64,000 nt of DNA, taken from the sequence record PV764938.1; one strand, written 5' to 3'. The notes below the pieces were generated by a model. The model saw nothing but the letters and a program-made list of their open reading frames with translations. It searched no databases and was not told the origin of the DNA. Position numbers and translations under genes: made by a program. Below, in pieces: positions 59,647 through 64,000 of the stretch (the stretch's first letter is position 1; every line of letters starts with the position of its first letter).

Positions 59647-60021
59647 ATGCAATACTATTTCCCAGAAAAGCAGGAATTCACGCTCGACTATTTTAGTGCG
59701 AAGTCGATCACACGCGACACGAAGCATGAAGTCCAAGTGGCTGTGGAAAGCTGGCTCGCCGAAAACGGTTATGAGCAGACCGACTTCTACCTCTACACGC
59801 GCAAGACGACGATCGATCATATCGACGTCGACTACAACGGCGGACTGTTCTATTACATGCACCTGAACAACTATCTGCGTGATGTAGCAAGCGTCGTGTG
59901 GTGTATCGCTGAACGTCGCGAGCGTGCTGCTGGAAAATCCGAAAAGGAACGCGGCAAAATCGTCGACAAAGCAATGCGTGAATTCGTTGAGTTCGCCAAG
60001 GCCAAGTATCCGAAAAAGTAA
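59647..60021 (+). CDS. hypothetical protein
   Basis: 124 aa, GAGGA RBS. Confidence 0.75.
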   Translation: MQYYFPEKQEFTLDYFSAKSITRDTKHEVQVAVESWLAENGYEQTDFYLYTRKTTIDHIDVDYNGGLFYYMHLNNYLRDVASVVWCIAERRERAAGKSEKERGKIVDKAMREFVEFAKAKYPKK

Positions 60022-60031
60022 AGGGCACACC

Positions 60032-60277
60032 ATGTTTGTTCTCTTCGGCGTAATCTCGCCCTATGATGGTTCCTATATCTTGGGAGTCTTTGACACTCTC
60101 GAGAAGGCTACCGAGGGACGTTCGACGTTCCGAGCCGACTACTGGGCCAAAAACAAGTGCGAGCCCTATGAGTCCTACGAGACTTATGAGCACGCGCTCA
60201 ACGTACTTGGTGAACAGCATCAGCCCGTTGATGTGTTTGTGCCGGGCAAGACCAAGCGACCAAAAGGACGTCACTAA
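60032..60277 (+). CDS. small hypothetical protein
   Basis: ATG 60032; TAATG coupling to the next gene. Confidence 0.65.
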   Translation: MFVLFGVISPYDGSYILGVFDTLEKATEGRSTFRADYWAKNKCEPYESYETYEHALNVLGEQHQPVDVFVPGKTKRPKGRH

Positions 60278-61053
60278 TGCGATTCATTGGCGGCAAAGAC
60301 TATTATGATGGCGTGACGGGTTTCGATACGGATGATCGTATCGTATTCATCCGACAAAACTTCGCCAAAGCGGAACACCGTCCCAAGGACAAAGTCTACG
60401 GATACGAGAGCACGCTGGTTTTCGACAACTACTCGCGCAAATCTCGCTGGAAACATGAAGGTGCTGATCTCGGCACCATCGACGTTATCTTCTGTGGGCT
60501 TCTCTACCGCGGTCTTGTCCGTACGGAGACCAAGTATAACGCAGATGCTGGGCAACACTCTACGACGTATCACTGCTTCTGGGATCACACGTCCGCGCTT
60601 GCTGAGCTTGAACGCCAGGACTGCAAACTCCACGACGATGATTTCGCTTGGAGGCCTCACGGTGTCACCACTGAACGCAAGCGGGTAACGCCTGATACTT
60701 TTCACAAGTATTTCGAACCGCAGCCTTTGCCCCAGCGCATTACGGATATGCTGATCGCCGACAACGTTGTTCACAGCATTCAGCTTGGTATGGTTCCTGA
60801 TTATCATCCCAAGTACACGACGAACTATCCGAAATGGGTCGACAACACCGATGGTCTCAAGGCTATTGGTTTCGCCAGTGTGATCGATCCCTGGCAAGCA
60901 TATCAGCAAATCGATATGTGGCTCGGCTCACAACTTGCACGAGACGAGGACAACATGGTGAAGCTCTCGGATAAAGAGCTGATCGCCAAGCATGGCTTCG
61001 ATAAGGTCAGCTTCCGCAACACGCATCACGCCGGTAAGCCTCGTGGACGTTGA
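60277..61053 (+). CDS. conserved hypothetical phage protein
   Basis: MRFIGGKDYYD...WQAYQQIDMWLG...KHGFDKVSFR. Confidence 0.8.
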   Translation: MRFIGGKDYYDGVTGFDTDDRIVFIRQNFAKAEHRPKDKVYGYESTLVFDNYSRKSRWKHEGADLGTIDVIFCGLLYRGLVRTETKYNADAGQHSTTYHCFWDHTSALAELERQDCKLHDDDFAWRPHGVTTERKRVTPDTFHKYFEPQPLPQRITDMLIADNVVHSIQLGMVPDYHPKYTTNYPKWVDNTDGLKAIGFASVIDPWQAYQQIDMWLGSQLARDEDNMVKLSDKELIAKHGFDKVSFRNTHHAGKPRGR

Positions 61054-61288
61054 GCTGCTTCGTGAATACGCATGGAAGACCTATATGCGGAAGGAGGAAC
61101 TCCTCCCAACGGATCTTCCCGCTAAGAGCTTCAAGCATCATCTGGAATTGCTCGAACAAGATGAGCTTCTCGACGTGTTAATCAAGATAAAATACACGCG
61201 AGAACTCGAAATGGGATGGCATTCTTTGGATGAAATTTATGGGACTCGTACCCGTCGCGCAGTTCAAAGAAATGCAAATCTTTTCTAA
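61043..61288 (+). CDS. small hypothetical protein
   Basis: GTG start overlapping the upstream gene. Confidence 0.55.
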   Translation: MDVELLREYAWKTYMRKEELLPTDLPAKSFKHHLELLEQDELLDVLIKIKYTRELEMGWHSLDEIYGTRTRRAVQRNANLF

Positions 61289-61295
61289 AAACTAA

Positions 61296-61324
61296 TTGAC
61301 GCAAACAGAAGCTCACGTTATAAA
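61296..61324 (+). promoter_or_regulatory. sigma70-type promoter
   Basis: TTGACG-N17-TATAAA with A-rich upstream. Confidence 0.7.
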
Positions 61325-61338
61325 GAGAACAACAAAGG

Positions 61339-61440
61339 GCAACACATAGAGTTGGTCAGCCGGACAAGGCTTCGGTGACTAAATTTAGGTTTAGGGTGGT
61401 CTTAGGATCCCACTACAAGCTGGCCAACATTATGTGTTGC
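61339..61440 (+). ncRNA. candidate ~100-nt RNA: degenerate cloverleaf on a long extended stem
   Basis: GCAACACATA/TATGTGTTGC plus GTTGGTCAGC/GCTGGCCAAC; three small internal hairpins. Confidence 0.55.
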
Positions 61441-61444
61441 TTAT

Positions 61445-61520
61445 TTCCCGATAGCTCAGTTGGTAGAGCGTTCGACTGTTAATCGAATTGTCCCTGGTTC
61501 GAGCCCAGGTCGGGGAGCCA
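61445..61520 (+). tRNA. tRNA-Asn(GTT), canonical
   Basis: TTCGA-CTGTTAA-TCGAA; G-CCA. Confidence 0.95.
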
Positions 61521-62068
61521 ATTGAAGGATGCGTTGATGTCGCATTCCTTCAAGTCAGAAGAGGTTTGCTTTTGGAGAAAGAGCAATCCGAACTGACACT
61601 TATTTGTCCCTAGTGGACATACGGAAGCCTTAGTGCAGCAGCGAAAGCCCACGCACTTCGGGAGGGGGAGAGCAAAAAGGTTTCGACCGAAAAGTTCTCC
61701 CCCGTTTATTCAGAGGTCCGGCACTGACCAAACTCCTGATGGAGGAAACTAAGGTGCCTGGACAAAGCCGGAAGTTGTAGACGAGAACCTCGTGCTTGGC
61801 TCCTTCCGGCTCCCCAATATAGGTAAGACCAAGATATGTTGCTCCACTAAACACGGAGAGTTACACGGTTTGGTCATTGATTCGGCGTGTGGAACGGGGC
61901 CGGGATCATAAACACTTTCCCAAAGTCGGGGTTACATTTAGTAGTTTGATACCGGCGATGGCGGCAGGGTTTTGCGTGTCTTAACTCCTGCTCGTCCAAA
62001 ACTACTCGGCGCGGCCGGGAAATAAGCCGTTGCTCCGTAAAAGCAACACCGGAAGCTGGCAACCGGTT
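61521..62068 (+). ncRNA. candidate ~550-nt structured RNA region, unassigned
   Basis: No credible ORF. TTGAAGGA/TCCTTCAA, GGGGGAGAGC/GTTCTCCCCC, GTCCGGCAC/GTGCCTGGAC, GCCGGAAG/CTTCCGGC, AGTAGTTT/AAACTACT, GCAGG/CCTGC, GTTGC/GCAAC, ACCGG/CCGGT. Confidence 0.55.
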
Positions 62069-62129
62069 AAAAATATTGAACTTCTGGTTCAAGAGCTGTT
62101 AGGATTCCTGAGTAACAAAGGAGTCCACA

Positions 62130-62447
62130 ATGGCAAACATTGAACTAGGAACGCTGAAGGCGGTCGATCGTTACATTGACATGCTGGAAGCAAAAGGGAT
62201 CAAACCCGACAACTGTACGCTTGACGACACGAAGGATCCAACAAGCCTTCCACATATCCTGTGGATGTGCAAGGAACTGAAGATGAAGATTATGCCCTAT
62301 TCGGGTCATGGCTTCTCCGTCGATAAGTTTTCGAGGTGGCTCGGATTTATTCAGGGCATTCTCATCTCGAAGGGACTGACAACAGTCCGTGCAGAACGTG
62401 ACGTAACCCGTAGCTGGTTTACAAGCCAGATTCTGGAAACGGATTGA
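62130..62447 (+). CDS. hypothetical protein
   Basis: AAAGGAG RBS; HILWM...KFSRWLGFIQG. Confidence 0.8.
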   Translation: MANIELGTLKAVDRYIDMLEAKGIKPDNCTLDDTKDPTSLPHILWMCKELKMKIMPYSGHGFSVDKFSRWLGFIQGILISKGLTTVRAERDVTRSWFTSQILETD

Positions 62448-62471
62448 TCTCTCGGGGCTTCGGCCCCATTT

Positions 62472-62548
62472 AGGGGTATAGCTCAGCCAGGTAGAGCAAT
62501 GGTCTCCAAAACCATGTGTCGGGGGTTCGAATCCCTCTGCCCCTGCCA
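62472..62548 (+). tRNA. tRNA-Trp(CCA)
   Basis: ATGGT-CTCCAAA-ACCAT; AGGGGTA/TGCCCCT-G-CCA. Confidence 0.95.
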
Positions 62549-62571
62549 ATAAATACTTTAGCGAAAGCTAT

Positions 62572-62645
62572 TGGGGAATAGGTTAATGGTAGACCAGCAG
62601 ACTCTGACTCTGTTAGTCTTGGTTCGAGTCCAGGTTCCCCAGCCA
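62572..62645 (+). tRNA. tRNA-Gln(CTG)
   Basis: GCAGA-CTCTGAC-TCTGT; TGGGGAA/TTCCCCA-G-CCA. Confidence 0.95.
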
Positions 62646-62817
62646 ATACAGCTTGACACAGTTGTGGTTAGGTTGTAGCTTGAATAGTAGGCAGAACTTC
62701 ACGGGGTTCTGTAACATGAGTAGACGGAGTCCGCTGCAACACGCCCACGCTGTGATGGGGAATGTGCAAACAGGGGTAAACGCGCAGGTCTCATCGTCAA
62801 AACGATGCGCGAGTAAT

Positions 62818-62906
62818 GGAGCATTATACAGCCTGGGAACGCTGTCGGGGCTTGCTAAGCCTTTGGATCCGAAAGGGTTAGGGTTCGATTCCCTATTGCT
62901 CCTCCA
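62818..62906 (+). tRNA. tRNA-Ser(GCT), atypical (5-bp D stem, U73)
   Basis: GGGGC-TTGCTAA-GCCTT; ATCC-GAAA-GGGT variable arm; T-CCA. Confidence 0.8.
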
Positions 62907-62909
62907 ATT

Positions 62910-62935
62910 AAAAAGCGGCCTTCGGGTCGCTTTTT
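62910..62935 (+). terminator. intrinsic terminator
   Basis: AAAAAGCGGCC-TTCG-GGTCGCTTTTT. Confidence 0.85.
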
Positions 62936-62947
62936 CCATTTCCAGTG

Positions 62948-62999
62948 TTGACTTATTCCTGATTCCTGCTAGAAACAGGAAAACAGGAGATCGACTATG
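62948..62999 (+). promoter_or_regulatory. promoter plus conserved RBS cassette
   Basis: TTGACT-N14-GC-TAGAAA; GGAGATCGACTATG. Confidence 0.7.
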
Positions 63000-63698
63000 A
63001 CGGAAGTTGCCTACGTGGAATTCACAGCTTACAGGGGTGGTCCCAAATATTCGGAACTCCGTAAGGAGTTCATGACCGAAGCCCTCACCGGCAAAGTCTA
63101 CATTCGGCTTGATGGTTCCGCACGTAACGGTATGATCGGAATCGCCGACTACTCCAACTGCGACAGCGTGTTCACGAAGAAAGAATTCCACGCATATCGT
63201 CGTGGTAAAGATATCGGCGAACTGAAAAGCTACGCCCGAACGCTTCTCGAGGAATGCAGGACCTTTAAGGAATATATCGACCGTGTTTGCTATAACTGGG
63301 ATGATTTCGAACTCCGTATGGATGACGGAACAATCATCAAGCCGGCCCGATATAATGGCGAGGATCGCGGCTTTACGTGGCTACGCGATTACACTGGGCC
63401 GACCGTAAAGACGTTCACAAAGGTCCCCAAGTCGGTTCGCGAAGCCAAACGCGCTGCATTTGTTCCAACGTTTCCGGATGCTCTCGGCAAGATCGTTGAA
63501 GTCGGTGACTTTGTGGCAGTGAGCATCGGCGGCCAAATGACAATGGGATCGGTAACGGAAATCGTAAAAACGGGTAAATCGATCCGCGTGAAGGGCATTA
63601 TGAATGCTACGGAGACGTTGATTACCGACAGTACCAAGCTTATTGTAATCGACGGCGAAACCAAGACCCGTGCGATGATGAAGAAACTCGCTAAATGA
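62997..63698 (+). CDS. hypothetical protein with C-terminal KOW/SH3-like segment
   Basis: PDALGKIVEVGDFVAV...GSVTEI; ends RAMMKKLAK; paralogous to 36431..37192. Confidence 0.8.
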   Translation: MTEVAYVEFTAYRGGPKYSELRKEFMTEALTGKVYIRLDGSARNGMIGIADYSNCDSVFTKKEFHAYRRGKDIGELKSYARTLLEECRTFKEYIDRVCYNWDDFELRMDDGTIIKPARYNGEDRGFTWLRDYTGPTVKTFTKVPKSVREAKRAAFVPTFPDALGKIVEVGDFVAVSIGGQMTMGSVTEIVKTGKSIRVKGIMNATETLITDSTKLIVIDGETKTRAMMKKLAK

Positions 63699-63961
63699 TC
63701 ACAATCAACGATATGCCCAACGCAATGGCCCTAAAGGACCACCATTGCCGTTTCTATTGGTCTGACAATGGTTCGCGTTGGGTTTTCAGCGATAAACGTT
63801 TCACCGAGATTCGCGAAATCGTTGGTCTCGACACGCATATCATCCATTTTCATACTCCGTTCCACAAGGAACGGATTGGTGTAAAAACACTTCTGCGGAA
63901 TGATCCGATCATCCAATTCCAAACCCTGGCTGATCTAGTTCACTTCCGTTTGCTGCTTTAG
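63695..63961 (+). CDS. small hypothetical protein, FRL-motif family
   Basis: Ends IQFQTLADLVHFRLLL; ATGA overlap. Confidence 0.7.
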   Translation: MITINDMPNAMALKDHHCRFYWSDNGSRWVFSDKRFTEIREIVGLDTHIIHFHTPFHKERIGVKTLLRNDPIIQFQTLADLVHFRLLL

Positions 63962-63970
63962 GGGACCACT

Positions 63971-64000
63971 ATGAAATTTGTGTTTTCAGCCCAGGGCAAC
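63971..64000 (+). CDS. start of a gene running off the window
   Basis: GGGGA RBS, ATG AAA TTT GTG... Confidence 0.4.
   Translation, partial: MKFVFSAQGN

Noticed and set aside
61664-61703. GGGGGAGAGCAAAAAGGTTTCGAC resembles a tmRNA 5' end
   Set aside because: It pairs locally with GTTCTCCCCC as a hairpin. I found no matching T-arm/CCA piece and no tag frame ending in Ala-Ala-stop.
61716-61763. Hammerhead-like arrangement (CTGACCA - stem - GAAAC)
   Set aside because: The core reads CTGACCA, not CTGANGA (C3-G8 pair broken), and there is no stem III/UH cleavage site.

Overview
A 64-kb slice of a large lytic (jumbo-type) dsDNA phage genome. It has dense short ORFs, a T4-like split type IIA topoisomerase and no bacterial housekeeping operons. 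The host is probably an alphaproteobacterium, judging from the Caulobacter/Rhizobiales-type tRNA-His without G-1 and the TTGACN-N14-GY-TANNNT promoters. The window carries a large host-derived translation and proteostasis toolkit: IF3, RRF, bS21, ThrRS, a bL12-CTD-like protein, an Smr-like protein, ClpX, ClpS and Hsp20. It also encodes nucleotide-handling and candidate counter-defence enzymes: QueD, thymidine kinase, NUDIX, MazG-like, two HD hydrolases, a 2H phosphoesterase, an ADP-ribosylglycohydrolase and a non-specific nuclease. Other features are a captured ygiB-ygiC pair and about 25 small proteins sharing a C-terminal 'A-x-L-F-K-L' helix motif. I read 44 tRNA genes plus 9 tRNA-like RNAs, mostly in a 48.3-62.9 kb array. 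The most striking content is non-coding: an ~830-nt highly paired GOLLD-like RNA directly upstream of thrS; two further 430-550 nt structured RNA candidates sharing a motif; three tRNA genes locked inside the same 12-bp extension of the acceptor stem; and several CCA-ended tRNA mimics whose anticodon loops are replaced by tetraloop-like caps. All calls were made by eye, without database searches or folding software.
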